From an uncultured Desulfarculus sp. (GTDB lineage: Bacteria > Desulfobacterota > Desulfarculia > Desulfarculales > Desulfarculaceae): a stretch of 64,000 bases of DNA. The notes beneath the pieces were generated by a model, which was given only the letters and a program-made list of their open reading frames with translations, had not been told where the DNA came from and searched no databases. Below are positions 63,717-64,000 of this stretch, in pieces; positions within the stretch are counted from its first letter, which is position 1; the number at the start of each line of letters is the position of its first letter. Location: assembly GCA_963665125.2 (NCBI GenBank), contig CAXXUK010000001.1, forward strand, positions 1,856,001 through 1,920,000, in the 5' to 3' direction. Both the position numbers and the translations under genes were made by a program.

Positions 63717-64000
63717 CTACAGCGCGGGCCTCCGGCCGGCCCAGGGTCTGGCCTGCTCCAGTTGGGCGGCCAGGCGGAACAATGTGGCCTCGTCGCCGAA
63801 ACGGCCTACAAAGTGGCTGCCGATGGGCAGGCCCGCCTCGTTCCAATTCAGCGGTACGGTCATGGCGGGCTGGCCGGTGACGTTACAGATCGGCGTATAC
63901 GGCACGAACTCCGCGCCCTTGCCAAAGGCGGCCATGGGGTTGTCGGCTGGCGGGTCAAAGGTGCCCAGGGGCACCGGCGGCAGACCCAGGGTCGGGGTGA
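63717..64000 (-). CDS. Amidase-signature family protein, C-terminal part (runs off the window)
   Basis: [43 protein letters not shown]. Confidence 0.88.
   Translation of the reverse strand, partial: TPTLGLPPVPLGTFDPPADNPMAAFGKGAEFVPYTPICNVTGQPAMTVPLNWNEAGLPIGSHFVGRFGDEATLFRLAAQLEQARPWAGRRPAL

Noticed and set aside
1..64000. CRISPR arrays, IS elements, prophage, rRNA or tRNA genes, defence systems
   Set aside because: No repeat-spacer periodicity, transposase, integrase or phage proteins, or structural RNA signatures were seen by eye; a tRNAscan/Infernal run would be the definitive check.

Overview
Chromosomal window of roughly 60% GC (estimated by eye) from an anaerobic deltaproteobacterium. 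Gene content suggests a sulfate reducer, possibly Desulfarculaceae-like; that placement is inference. No rRNA, tRNA, CRISPR array, transposase or prophage was seen. From left to right: a glycosyltransferase cluster in alternating orientation, with one gene behind a sigma54/IHF promoter; an orphan TAXI solute-binding gene; a Liv-type ABC transporter with a long-chain acyl-CoA ligase; a DsrE protein; dnaX-ybaB-recR; an omptin; a SPOR/TPR lipoprotein; an M48 protease; an ASKHA/RACo-type corrinoid activator with no Fe-S domain; a cation:H+ antiporter-Usp fusion; a cobalamin riboswitch with a full attenuator controlling a 104-aa orphan gene; PIN-PhoH; an sxtI/J/K-like carbamoyltransferase module, including a 52-aa gene missing from the ORF track; tolQRAB-pal-cpoB; ndk-thiL-lytic transglycosylase; a second cobalamin riboswitch before btuFCD; an RND efflux operon; and an hdrA-mvhD/flxD-flxC-flxB-flxA cluster followed by a DsrK/HdrD-like gene instead of hdrBC. 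Best leads: (1) the B12-repressed orphan protein near the Fe-S-less RACo; (2) a 15-bp palindrome, CTRTTTGACAAAYAG, covering the -35 box of both the RACo and the hdrA-flx promoters; (3) the Flx-HdrA-HdrD variant; (4) the sxtIJK-like module.
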